A DNA stretch of 64,000 nucleotides from an uncultured Gemmatimonadales bacterium (GCA_963823035.1 CAWGKG010000020.1:192001-256000); one strand, 5' to 3'. Positions 29,797 to 39,892 are shown, counted from the first letter of the stretch. Translations and numbers: made by a program. Notes: generated by a model from the letters alone, not told the origin.

Positions 29797-30177
29797 GTGA
29801 AGAGCGAAACCGCGTTCTGTTCCGGCTGTGGCCACCAGGTTCGCCTCGTCTTCATCGATCCGCCGCCGCACGACGGTCAGGCGAACCTCAGGGACGGCGC
29901 CGAGGTGGTCTGTCTGGACTACAAGGAGGGGTGCACGGCGGGGAAGTGCCCGACCACCGGCAAGCCCGGGATCGTCATGGGCGTCCGGCTGGCGAAGAGC
30001 CACCTGAACGACGGCACCTTCAAGACCATCCACGCCCGCTGTGAGGGGTGCGGCCAGGTCTCCGATCTCGAGGTGCTCGACGACACCTTCGCGCTGTGCA
30101 CGCTGTGCAACACCACCAATCGGTGGGTGACGCTCAGCCTTCCCGACGGCAGCAGGGTGGCGCTCACGGGGCGGTAG
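29797..30177 (+). CDS. Cys-rich protein (paralog 2) with extra zinc-ribbon-like CxxC...CxxC
   Basis: GTG after GAGGAG; AFCSGCGHQVR...VVCL...C....CP plus CEGC...CTLC. Confidence 0.75.
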   Translation: MKSETAFCSGCGHQVRLVFIDPPPHDGQANLRDGAEVVCLDYKEGCTAGKCPTTGKPGIVMGVRLAKSHLNDGTFKTIHARCEGCGQVSDLEVLDDTFALCTLCNTTNRWVTLSLPDGSRVALTGR

Positions 30178-30226
30178 CCACGCGCGGCGGCCGAGGTCGG
30201 ATCGGGGTTCGCGATCCGCGCGCGTC

Positions 30227-30775
30227 TCAGCGCGCTCCGCCCACGTCGAAGAGCGGGTCGAGGAAGCGGAACGTCCGGTACAGCTCCTCTCCCTCGAGCG
30301 GAGGGTCCAGGTGCTGTGCCCCCACAAAGGCGAGCTGGAAGACGCGGGCCAGGCGCCGGGCGGCATCCCCTTCGCCCATCCGCTCGGCGCACAACTCCTC
30401 GAGGAAGGCCAGCCGCCGACGATCCACGCGGTCCTGGACCTCGCGGGCGAGCGGCTCGCGTGCGGTCCATCCCCGGATCGCGCGCTCCAGGCGCGCGTTC
30501 TTCAGCTCGGACGCCTGCCGGTTCACGGCCCGCATCCGGTCCTCGACCGGCGCGGCGGAGCGTCCCGTCTCGATCAGCCGATCGGTGGCCGCGCGCTCCC
30601 ACGCCTCCAGGAGCGCCCGCACGTAGCCGGGTCGTCCCTCGAAATGGTGATAGAACGACCCCTTCGATCGGTCCAGCCGCGCGCATAGCGCGTCGACGGT
30701 GAGGCCCCCGTCGCCCTCGTCCACGAGGATGCGGAACCCCTTTTCGATCCAGTCGTGGCGGGTGACGCGCGTCAT
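30227..30775 (-). CDS. TetR/AcrR family transcriptional regulator
   Basis: DWIEKGFRIL...LTVDALCARLDRSKGSFYHHF. Confidence 0.9.
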   Translation of the reverse strand: MTRVTRHDWIEKGFRILVDEGDGGLTVDALCARLDRSKGSFYHHFEGRPGYVRALLEAWERAATDRLIETGRSAAPVEDRMRAVNRQASELKNARLERAIRGWTAREPLAREVQDRVDRRRLAFLEELCAERMGEGDAARRLARVFQLAFVGAQHLDPPLEGEELYRTFRFLDPLFDVGGAR

Positions 30776-30903
30776 GGACTGTCCTCTCTCGGCCCGTGCG
30801 ATCTCCGTGTTCATCCAGTCCCCCATCTTCATCTCGGACGGACCCCGTACGCCGGTGCGTGCGATCGCGCCGGCCACGGCGTGCGAGGCGATACGAAGTA
30901 ACC

Positions 30904-30920
30904 TACCAAACGGTCTGGTA
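30904..30920. promoter_or_regulatory. TetR-type operator candidate TACCAAACGGTCTGGTA
   Basis: Near-perfect 17-bp palindrome between the divergent TetR and MBL genes. Confidence 0.6.
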
Positions 30921-31007
30921 TAGCCCAAGAGAAGAGACGACCTCTATCTTCGTGGTCGCTCGAGCCTGCCGAACTGGCGCGGCGGAACGTCCCACCCCAC
31001 GCTTCCC

Positions 31008-32030
31008 ATGACCTCACCCAACCGGCCCTCCCACCACCGCGCCGACGGCCGCTTCCGTAATCCCTGGCCTACCGCCGCCGGTGACGACGCGCTGCGGCGG
31101 CGCTTCTGGCGCCTGGTCTGGGAGTGGCGCACCACGAAGCGAGCGCCCGACCCGGAGCCTGGGCAGATCCCGCGCGCGACGCCGGCCCTGGCCCATCCCG
31201 TGGTCCGGGCGGGCGAGGTCCGCGTAACGTGGATCGGGCACGCGACCGCGCTGATCCAGCTGCCGGGGCTCAACCTCCTGACCGACCCCGTATGGTCGGA
31301 TCGCTGCTCCCCCGTCGGCTTCGCCGGGCCGCCCCGCTTCGTGCCACCCCCGATGGCCCTCGCGGACCTTCCGACCATCCACGCCGTCCTGCTGTCGCAC
31401 GACCACTACGACCATCTGGATCGGCAGACCGTGCTGGCGCTGCACGAGCGCTACCGGGACGACCTCACCTGGCTCACGCCCCTCGGTTACCGTGCCTGGT
31501 TCGCCGGCCTCGGTGTGCACACGGTGGTCGAGCGGGACTGGTGGGAAGGGGTCGAGCTCCCTGGTGGAGCGTTCGAAGCGGTGGCCACTCCCGCCCGCCA
31601 TTGGACGCGGCGCCGCCCGTTGGGCACGAACAGCCGCTTGTGGTGCGGCTGGGTGATCCGGCCGCGGGGCGACGCGCCGGGGCCGCGCCTCTGGTTCGCC
31701 GGCGATTCGGGCTACTGCCCGGCCTTCGGGGAGATCGGCGAGCGGCTGGGTCCGTTCGACCTGTCCCTCGTCCCGATCGGAGCCTACGAGCCCCGCTGGT
31801 TCATGGGCTCGGCGCACATGAACCCGGAAGAGGCCGTTCAGGCCTACCGGGACGCGGGAGGGCGAGGTGGATTCGTCGGCATCCACTGGGGCACGTGGCG
31901 GCTGACGTTCGAGGACCCCCTCGAGCCGCCGGCGCGAGCGCGTGCCGCATGGGAGGGGGCCGGACTGCCCTCGGGGGACCTGCACCTCCTGCGCCACGGC
32001 GAGACGTTGGTCCGTAGCCTCGCCGGCTGA
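31008..32030 (+). CDS. MBL-fold metallo-hydrolase (NAPE-PLD-like)
   Basis: GRFRNPW, WIGHAT, LTDPVW, SHDHYDHLD, FAGDSGY, PIGAYEPRW, IHWGT. Confidence 0.9.
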   Translation: MTSPNRPSHHRADGRFRNPWPTAAGDDALRRRFWRLVWEWRTTKRAPDPEPGQIPRATPALAHPVVRAGEVRVTWIGHATALIQLPGLNLLTDPVWSDRCSPVGFAGPPRFVPPPMALADLPTIHAVLLSHDHYDHLDRQTVLALHERYRDDLTWLTPLGYRAWFAGLGVHTVVERDWWEGVELPGGAFEAVATPARHWTRRRPLGTNSRLWCGWVIRPRGDAPGPRLWFAGDSGYCPAFGEIGERLGPFDLSLVPIGAYEPRWFMGSAHMNPEEAVQAYRDAGGRGGFVGIHWGTWRLTFEDPLEPPARARAAWEGAGLPSGDLHLLRHGETLVRSLAG

Positions 32031-32131
32031 CGGGCTGCGTGCCCGAGGCTAACACAACGGCCTTGCGCGGGGTCTATTACGGACGCCGGTCCCGTGCGGC
32101 CGGCGCACCTCACCTCTTTCGGAGTCCGGCC

Positions 32132-32513
32132 ATGAGTCGTGCTTCCATCCTGGCGGCGTTCGCCGCCGTGGCACTGGTGATCCCCGCCGCCCCTGCATGC
32201 CGCCCAGGACGTGGACGTGTCCGGGAGCTGGGAGTTGTCGTGGGCGACGCCCCGCGGCGACCAGACCGTCACCGTCGTCTTCGCCCAGGACGGGATGAAC
32301 GTCACGGGAACCGCCCAGATGCGCATGGGCGAGGCGCCCGTGAAGAACGGCATGCTGCACGGTGACAAGCTCACCTTCGTGCTCGAGTTCGGCCGGGCCG
32401 ACCGGACGTTCTCGCAGTCCTTCACCGCGACGGTGAAAGAAGGCACGATGGAGGGGACGATCACGACCCCGCGCGGCGAGAACCCCTTCACGGGCAAGCG
32501 GAAGGAGGGCTGA
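32132..32513 (+). CDS. Small secreted beta-rich protein (frameshift ~32190)
   Basis: Signal peptide MSRASILAAFAAVAL followed in another frame by AQDVDVSGSWELSWATPRG...FTGKR. Confidence 0.65.
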
Positions 32514-32551
32514 CCGGGCTCTCCTGCGCGCGGGCCGCTGTCTCTGCCCTT

Positions 32552-34720
32552 CTAGTCGATGGGGCGGAGGGCGTACTGCGAGATCGCGTCGATGAGGTCG
32601 CCCTTGCGGATGGGCTTCGTGAGGTGGGCGTCGCAGCCCGCCTCCATGATCAGCATGGACTCCTTCTGCAGGGCGTGGGCCGTGAGCGCCAGGATCGGCA
32701 CCGACGGCCTGCCGGACTGTGCCTCCATGCTCCGGATGATCCGTGTGGCCTCGTAGCCATCCATTTCCGGCATCTGGATGTCCATCAGGATGAGGTCGAA
32801 CGCGGGGCCCTGCTCGAAGGCCCGGACGGCCTCCACACCGGTGGACGCGATGGTCAGGTCCACGCCGTGGTCCCTGAGGTAGAGGCTGACGAGAAGCTGG
32901 TTCTCCTCGACGTCCTCGGCGAGCAGCACGCGGGTGCGCCGCTCGTCGCCGGCCGCTTTCTCGGGGAACGATGCGGCCACGGCATCGCCGTGCCCGGGGA
33001 GGGGCTCCGCGAGCGCCTCCGCGTCCCTGGGGGTCGGAGCGGTGGCGCGGTCGGCGGGCCACACGCCTCCGATCGCGCGGGCGAGCCCGTCCCGCTGGAT
33101 GGGCTTCACCATGTACGCCTGGATGTTCATCTCGCGGGACAGCGCGATGTGCCCGGGGCGGTCGAGCGACGTCAGCATGAGGACGGGCGTGGCGAGGAGC
33201 CGCGTGTCCCCCATCATCTTCTCGGCGACCTCGAAGCCGTCCATCCCCGGCATATGGCCGTCGAGGAAGACGAGCTCCACGGGCCGACCCTCGAGGACGG
33301 CCGATTCGAGATAGGCGAGCGCCGCTCCGCCGTCGGCGGCCTCGGCGACTTCAGCGCCCCAGCTGGCGAGAATCTCGCGCAGGATGAGTCGGTTGGCCGC
33401 ATGGTCGTCGACCACGAGCGAGCGGACGCCCCGTAGGTCGGGCCGCTCGACGACCTCGCTGGTGGCCGGTACGGTCCCGGTCTGGAGACGGACGGTGAAG
33501 GTGAAGCGACTGCCCTCGTCCGGGGTGCTTTCGACGGCGAGCTGGCCGCCCATCACCTCGACGAGCCGCTTGGAGATCGTCAGCCCCAGCCCCGAGCCGC
33601 CGTGCTTGCGCGTGGTGGCCGCGTCCGCCTGGACGAAGCGCTCGAAGATCGAATCCAGCTTCTCGGCCGGGATGCCGCAGCCGGTGTCCCATACCTCGAC
33701 CTGGAGGACGAAACGCCTCCGCCCGCCCTCGGGGTCGGGCCGCACCCACACGTCCAGGCCTACCTCGCCCTCCGCGGTGAACTTCGTGGCGTTGCCGAGC
33801 AGGTTGTTCAGCACCTGCCGGAGGCGGGTCTGATCCCCGCACACGCCCGGCGGGACCTTCTCATCGATGCGCGCCACCAGCTCCAGTCCCTTGCGTTGCG
33901 CCGCGACGCCGAAGACCTGGACCACGTCGCGCAGCAGCTCATCGAGTCGGAAGGGGGCTTCCTCGATCTCGATCTCACCTGATTCGATCTTCGAGAGGTC
34001 GAGAACGTCGTTGATGAGCGTGAGAAGCGCCTGGCCCGCGGACCGGAACATGGCCACGTAGCGTTGCTGCTCCTGGCTCAGCTCGGTCTCCGCCAAGAGG
34101 TCCGCCATGCCGATGATCGCGTTCATCGGCGTCCGGATCTCGTGGCTCATGTTCGCGAGGAACTGGGACTTGGCCGTGTTCGCGGCTTCCGCCACCCGCT
34201 TCGCCTTGCGCAGCTCCTCCTCCGCGCGCTTCCGCTCCGTGATCTCGCGATAGATCACGTAGGTGCCCACCTGGACGCCTTCGACGCGCACGGGCTGAGC
34301 GAGGATGGACACGTCGATGGCGGTGCCGTCGTGCGTGAGGCGAACCGCCTCGGTCGTGACGAGGCCGCCCCGCTCCACGGTCTTCGTGAGGACGCGACCC
34401 TCCTCGGCGTCGCCCGGGGAGAGGATCAGCTCATCGATGTCGGCGCCATGGCAGGCGGCGTTCGTGAAGCCGAAGAGCCGCTCGAACGCCCGGTTCACGC
34501 GCAGGATGCGGCCGTCGCGGGCCAAGAGGCACAGCGCCTCGAGGGAACTCTCGAAGAGCTCCTCGAAGAACGCGGTCTCCAGGGCCTGCACCGCGGGGGG
34601 ACCGCCGCGCCCCGCTTCGAGCCGGAGGACGTCCCGCAGTGAGCGCACCTCCCCCGGGCGGAGGGGGGCGGTCACCGGCGGCTCGTCGAACCGAGCGGCG
34701 GTGCGTGCGATTGCGTCCAT
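32552..34720 (-). CDS. Cytoplasmic hybrid sensor kinase PAS-HisKA-HATPase-REC-REC
   Basis: PAS (VNRAFERLFG), FLANMSHEIRTPMN, NLLGNATKFT, DTGCGI, GGSGLGL, two receivers (LDGHMP, MDIQMP); no TM segment seen. Confidence 0.93.
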   Translation of the reverse strand: MDAIARTAARFDEPPVTAPLRPGEVRSLRDVLRLEAGRGGPPAVQALETAFFEELFESSLEALCLLARDGRILRVNRAFERLFGFTNAACHGADIDELILSPGDAEEGRVLTKTVERGGLVTTEAVRLTHDGTAIDVSILAQPVRVEGVQVGTYVIYREITERKRAEEELRKAKRVAEAANTAKSQFLANMSHEIRTPMNAIIGMADLLAETELSQEQQRYVAMFRSAGQALLTLINDVLDLSKIESGEIEIEEAPFRLDELLRDVVQVFGVAAQRKGLELVARIDEKVPPGVCGDQTRLRQVLNNLLGNATKFTAEGEVGLDVWVRPDPEGGRRRFVLQVEVWDTGCGIPAEKLDSIFERFVQADAATTRKHGGSGLGLTISKRLVEVMGGQLAVESTPDEGSRFTFTVRLQTGTVPATSEVVERPDLRGVRSLVVDDHAANRLILREILASWGAEVAEAADGGAALAYLESAVLEGRPVELVFLDGHMPGMDGFEVAEKMMGDTRLLATPVLMLTSLDRPGHIALSREMNIQAYMVKPIQRDGLARAIGGVWPADRATAPTPRDAEALAEPLPGHGDAVAASFPEKAAGDERRTRVLLAEDVEENQLLVSLYLRDHGVDLTIASTGVEAVRAFEQGPAFDLILMDIQMPEMDGYEATRIIRSMEAQSGRPSVPILALTAHALQKESMLIMEAGCDAHLTKPIRKGDLIDAISQYALRPID

Positions 34721-34787
34721 GTCCTTGCCCTCGAACTTGCGTCGTCCGGAACGGAACGACGCTGGCTGATCGGAGCCGGTACTGCCC

Positions 34788-37376
34788 ATGGAACAACATC
34801 GAGCGCGTCCCCGGCTCCTCGTCGTCGACGACGACAAGGTGGTCCGTCGTTCCCTGAAGGGTATTGTCGGCGGCATGTACGAAATGCTTGAGGCCGAGGG
34901 TGGGGAGGAGGCGCTCCGCCTCCTGGAGGACGACCGGACGCGGCCGGATCTCATCCTCCTGGACGTGCGCATGCCCGGGATGGACGGCTACGAGGTCTGC
35001 GCCAAGATCCAGGAACGGGACGATCTGGCGTACATCCCCGTGATCTTCGTCACTTCCCTGGGCTCGGAGGAGGACCGGAAGAAGGCGTTCGCCTTGGGAG
35101 GCGCGGCCTACGTCCACAAGCCGTTCGAGGGCGACGCGATCCTCGAGGAGGTGGCGCGGCAACTCGAGACGCAGGGCACCTGGCGCTCGCTGCGCGCCTC
35201 GGGGCGCCGCAGCAGGCCCTGGCTCCTCCCCTCCACCTTCGTGGCGTTCAAACAGTACCTCGAGGCCCAGAGGAACGCCTCGCGGACGCAGGCCGCCGCG
35301 TGCGACGCGGTCCGGCCCCTCGACGTGTACGAACTGGGAGGGATCCTCCGCTTGCCGAACGACCAGCTCGCGCGCTATATGAGCCACTTCCTCGGCCTGC
35401 CGTACGCGAACCGATTCTACGCGGAGGACGTTGGGCTGGGCGTGCTGCCGAAGGCGTTCTGCGAGTCGAACCTCGTGCTCCCGCTACGGGACCGGACGAT
35501 CGTGCTGTCGAATCCCTTCGACGGGGAGCTCATGCACACGCTGGACCAGACGCTCTGGCACGCGGCGGAGACGAAGATCGCGCTGGCCGAGCCGGAACGG
35601 ATCCGCCTGCTCCTGGAGGAGCCGTCCGAGGGGATCCTGGGTCCGATAGGGGTGGGCTTCAGGACCATCTCCCTCGAAGCGGAGCGGCAGGAGGACGTCG
35701 GGGAGACCGACGCCCTCACGCTGGTCGGCGACGTCTTGCGGGAGGCCGTGCAGGAGCGCGCGAGCGACGTGCACATCGAGCCCAAGGAGCACGGCGCCCT
35801 CATCCGCTTCCGCATCGACGGTGACATGCAGGACATCCGCACCATCGGATCCTCGCATGTCGCCAAGATGCTGTCACGGCTCAAGGCGTTGGCCGGGATG
35901 GACATCGCGGAGCGGCGCAAGCCGCAGGACGGCGCGCTCATGGCCTCGCTGAAGGACCGGCGCTACAAGCTGAGGTTGGCCACGAGCTCGACCACGGGCG
36001 GCGAGACGATCGTCATCCGCATCCTCGATCCCGACGCGGAGGCGCGCCCCCTGGAGGAGCTGGGCATGACGGACGCGCAGTCGTCCCTCGTGCGCGAACT
36101 GGCGTCGCGGTCGCAGGGCACCATCCTGGTGGTTGGCCCCACCGGTTCGGGGAAGTCCACCACGATCTTCACGCTCCTCACCACGGTCGACGGGCAGACG
36201 CGGAGCATCATGTCCGTGGAGGACCCGGTCGAGTACCGGATCCCCTACGCCAACCAGCAGCAGGTGAACCAGCGCGCCGGGGTGACGTTCGAGGCCCTGC
36301 TGAAGTCGGCGGTGCGGCAGGATCCCGACATCCTCTTCCTCGGCGAGGTGAGGGACCCCTTCTCGGCCCGCGCGGTGCTCGAGTTCGCCAGCTCCGGGCA
36401 CCTGACGATCTCCTCGCTGCACTCCTCGAACGCGACGACGGCGATCTTCCGTCTCGAGCGGCTGGGGATCGAGCGGGGCGCGATGGCGGACTCGATCGCG
36501 GCCGTGGTCGCGCAGAAGCTCCTCAAGAAGCTCTGCACCGAGTGCAAGCGGGTCGAGGAGACCACCGCCAAGGAGGCGGAGCTGCTGCGCCGCTTCACGA
36601 CCGACGTGCCGGAGACGCTCGGCGTACCCCGTCGGCTGTCCGGTCTGCCGCGACACGGGCTTCCGCGGGCGTGAGGGCGTCTACGAGATCCTCGTCTTCG
36701 ACCGGGAGGTCCAGGACCTGGTGCGGGACGGTCGGGGCATCGCCGAGATCCGGGCCTACTGCGCGGAACGCGGGGACTACCTGGTGAGCGACCACGCGCT
36801 CGAGAAGCTGCGGGCGCACAAGTTCGCCCTGCGCGACGTGGTGGACGACGTCCTCCTGGAGGAATCGGTGCCGCCGCGGGGGACGACGCCGACCACCGAA
36901 GTCCGCGACCGACACGCGCACGCCGGAGCCGGCGAAGGAGCAGGGCGCTGCGCCGGCAGCGTCGCCTGAGCCCTGGAAGCGCCGAGGGTGGTCCTCGTCG
37001 TGGACGACGACGAGGACATGCGCGCCCTGGTCGAGCTGCACCTCGTCCGGTGCCGGGTACCGGGTGCTCGGCGCCGCCGACGGCGTGGACGCGCTCATGC
37101 TGCTCGCGCTCGGGGACAGTCGACCTCGTGCTCTCGGACGTGAACATGCCGAACCTCGACGGGCTCAAGCTCCTGGAGATCATGCGGCAGAAGGAGATCG
37201 ACGTGCCCACGCTCTTCCTGACCGCCACCGAGGACCCGGAGACCGAGGAGCACGTGCTCGCCCATGGGGCCTTCGACTACATGCGCAAGCCGGTGCGCAA
37301 GGAGGTGCTGCTCCTGCGCGTCGCGAACGCGCATGCGCGCGCGCGACCCGGCTGCCCTCGTTCCAGGGAACACGTG
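34788..37376 (+). CDS. Receiver-GspE/PilB-type ATPase-receiver protein (frameshifts ~36627, ~37050, ~37115; TGA at 36967)
   Basis: N-terminal REC (VVDDD, LDVRMP, KPF); ASDVHIEP, GPTGSGKST, EDPVE, RQDPDILFLGEVRD, GHL...H, CTEC..CPVC; downstream REC (VVDDDED, SDVNMP, KPV). Confidence 0.8.
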
Positions 37377-37697
37377 ATGAGTGGATCCGATGCGGGTGGG
37401 GACCGGCTCGTGGTGGTCGTACCCGAGGAGCTCGAGCCGCTCATGCCGCGCTTCCTCGAGAAGCGGCACGCAGAGGTCGAGGTGCTGCGCGAGGCGGCCG
37501 AGCGCGGCGAACTCGAGACGCTTCGATCCCGCGGGCACGCGCTCAAGGGAACGGCCGGTGGCTACGGCTTCGAGGAGCTTACGGAACTGGGTGCCGCACT
37601 CGAGACACGCGCCAAGGAGGGTGACCTCTCCGGCGCGTCCGAGGTGGTCCGGCGGATCGCCGCCTACCTCGCCCGCGTCGACGTGCGTTACGAGTGA
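37377..37697 (+). CDS. Hpt (histidine phosphotransfer) domain protein
   Basis: GHALKGTAGGYGF motif; in this assembly in frame with the end of the preceding receiver domain. Confidence 0.85.
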   Translation: MSGSDAGGDRLVVVVPEELEPLMPRFLEKRHAEVEVLREAAERGELETLRSRGHALKGTAGGYGFEELTELGAALETRAKEGDLSGASEVVRRIAAYLARVDVRYE

Positions 37698-37709
37698 GGT
37701 GACCCCACC

Positions 37710-39305
37710 ATGCACGCGCACTCCCCCTACGGTCCCCTCGGGTCCGACCTCGAGCTGGCGCGCTTCGCCGAGCTGAAGGCACATCTCCCGGAGATCTACC
37801 GCGCCTATCGCCAGGGCGAGGCCGTACACACCTCCGTCGTGGTCCCGTCCATCTCCGTGAACCAGGAGGAGCTGGCCAAGATCGAAGGATCCGCGTTCTA
37901 CGAGGAGCGGCTGCTCTTCACCCTCATCCGGCTGGCGAATCCGATGTCACGCGTGATCTACGTGACGAGCCAGCCGGTGCACTCCGAGATCCTCGAGTAT
38001 TACCTGCAGCACCTTCCGGGCATTCCGCTGGGACGCGCGCGCGAGCGGCTCCTCGTGCTCTGCCTCTACGACGCCAGCCCGAAGGCGCTCACCCGGAAGA
38101 TCCTGGAGCGGCCCCGCTTCATCGAGCGCATGCGCTCGTGGATCGGGGATCCGCGCAGGGCCTACCTCACCTGCTACAACGCGACGGTCCTGGAGCGGAG
38201 GCTCGCGGTGGAGCTGGGCATCCCCCTGAACGCCACGGATCCCGAGCTCCTGTGGATGGGCACGAAGTCCGGCTCACGGAAGATCTTCGCCGAGGCCGGG
38301 GTGGAGCACCCGCTCGGCGTGAACGACCTGCGCACGCGCGAGGGGGTCGTGGACGCGCTCGATGGCCTTACGCGCGAGCGCCCCGGGATCCGGCGCGCCG
38401 TCGTCAAGCTCAACGAGAGCTTCGCCGGGGAGGGCAACGGCGTGTACCACTTCCCGAAGGACCTGCCGGAGGAGCCCGCCGAGCGGCGGGCCGCCGTCGA
38501 GCGTGGGCTTCAAGACATGCAATGGCCCGGCAACCGCGAGACGGTCGATGCCTTCTTCCGCAAGTTCGGGGAGATGGGCGGGATCGTGGAGGAGTGGGTG
38601 GAGGGCGACGAGGTGGAGTCGCCGAGCGTTCAGCTCCGCGTCCATCCCAATCGGGACATCGAGGTGATCTCGACGCACGACCAGGTGCTGGGGGGCACCA
38701 CCGGACAGGCGTACGTCGGGTGCCGCTTCCCGGCGGACGACCGCTACCGCGACTCGATCCTCGTGGCGGGTCGTCGCATCGGTCGGGTGCTGGCGCAGAG
38801 GGGTGCGGTCGGTCGGTTCGGCATCGACTTCGTGACCACCCGCACGAGCGGAGGGGCGTGGGAGGCCCGCGCCGTCGAGATCAACCTCCGCATGGGCGGC
38901 ACCACGCCCCCGTTCATGGCGCTCGAGTTCCTGGGTGGTGGGGGGCTCGATCCGGAGACGGGCCTGTACCTCGCCGCGGACGGGAGGCACAAGTTCTACT
39001 ACGCCTCCGACAACCTGAAGTCGCCGGACTACCGCGGGCTCATCCCGGAGGACCTCCTCGACCTCATGATCGAGTTCGGCCTCCAGTTCAAGCACCAGAG
39101 CCTCACCGGTGTGCTCTTCTTCATGATCGGCGCGCTCTCCCAGTACGGGAAGCTCGGCATCACGGCCATCGGCAACAGCCACGACGAGGCCGAGCGCCTC
39201 TACCGCTCGACGGCAGCCATCCTCGACAGGGTCACGGGCGCGTCCGCGGAGACGCAGGGACGTCCGCGGTCCCTCTTCGAGCCCGACGTGCCGGTGCTCG
39301 TCTAG
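37710..39305 (+). CDS. Peptide ligase PGM1-related ATP-grasp protein
   Basis: YEERLLF.LIRL, GTKSGSRKIF, VVKLNESFAGEGN, SPSVQ, STHDQVLGG, GIDF, EINLRMGGTT. Confidence 0.85.
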   Translation: MHAHSPYGPLGSDLELARFAELKAHLPEIYRAYRQGEAVHTSVVVPSISVNQEELAKIEGSAFYEERLLFTLIRLANPMSRVIYVTSQPVHSEILEYYLQHLPGIPLGRARERLLVLCLYDASPKALTRKILERPRFIERMRSWIGDPRRAYLTCYNATVLERRLAVELGIPLNATDPELLWMGTKSGSRKIFAEAGVEHPLGVNDLRTREGVVDALDGLTRERPGIRRAVVKLNESFAGEGNGVYHFPKDLPEEPAERRAAVERGLQDMQWPGNRETVDAFFRKFGEMGGIVEEWVEGDEVESPSVQLRVHPNRDIEVISTHDQVLGGTTGQAYVGCRFPADDRYRDSILVAGRRIGRVLAQRGAVGRFGIDFVTTRTSGGAWEARAVEINLRMGGTTPPFMALEFLGGGGLDPETGLYLAADGRHKFYYASDNLKSPDYRGLIPEDLLDLMIEFGLQFKHQSLTGVLFFMIGALSQYGKLGITAIGNSHDEAERLYRSTAAILDRVTGASAETQGRPRSLFEPDVPVLV

Positions 39306-39796
39306 CGGGCAGGCCCCGATCGAGGCGCCCGAACGCGCGAAGGGGGTGGCGACCCGTGTCGCCACCCCCTTCGCGTGCCCACCCACGCTCGGCTCAGGCG
39401 GGCTGCAACTCCCCCTCTTACCACTTCGATGGGGCCGGCCATGGCCTCGCTCTCGGTGAGCTCCTCGCCCGTGGTGGTCACGACCGTGGGCTCCGGTCGG
39501 TTGTGGGCGGTGTTTCCGCTCCCATGGGGAATGGCGGGCTGTACGAACTGGCGGCCGATCATCCCCAGCTTGGCGAGCTCCATCTCATTCAGCGACGGGT
39601 AGCGCTCACCCATGTAGGCCAGGGTGTCCTCCAGCCACTCCATGCGGTCTTCCATGCGCGCCTGCAAGACACTGCAGCGCATGACATGGCTCATGAGCTC
39701 GTCGCGTGCCTGATCCAACGTCGTTTTGCCATACTTGTTGCCCAAAGACTGTCTCCGTTCGTGTTCCGTAGGATCGACCGGGTCCCGGTACGACAC
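39302..39796 (-). CDS. Hypothetical protein (true stop possibly ~39394)
   Basis: Helical core ARDELMSHVMRCSVL...W..DTL.Y..ERYP.L; the C-terminal tail runs through the hairpin, suggesting a frameshift. Confidence 0.65.
   Translation of the reverse strand: MSYRDPVDPTEHERRQSLGNKYGKTTLDQARDELMSHVMRCSVLQARMEDRMEWLEDTLAYMGERYPSLNEMELAKLGMIGRQFVQPAIPHGSGNTAHNRPEPTVVTTTGEELTESEAMAGPIEVVRGGVAARLSRAWVGTRRGWRHGSPPPSRVRAPRSGPAR
39336..39375. terminator. Bidirectional hairpin between convergent genes
   Basis: Perfect 18-bp stem CGCGAAGGGGGTGGCGAC/GTCGCCACCCCCTTCGCG, 4-nt loop. Confidence 0.75.
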
Positions 39797-39892
39797 GCCG
39801 CGGGATCCCGGCCCAAAGAACGGCGCTTTGTAACCTTTTACACTACAATGAGTTGAAATGTTCCATCGCGGCTCGCGCGGCTCGCGCGGTCC

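Noticed and set aside
36967..36969. In-frame TGA before the receiver domain as possible selenocysteine
   Set aside because: Lies in a low-complexity linker in an error-rich stretch, not at a Cys-equivalent site; no SECIS recognised
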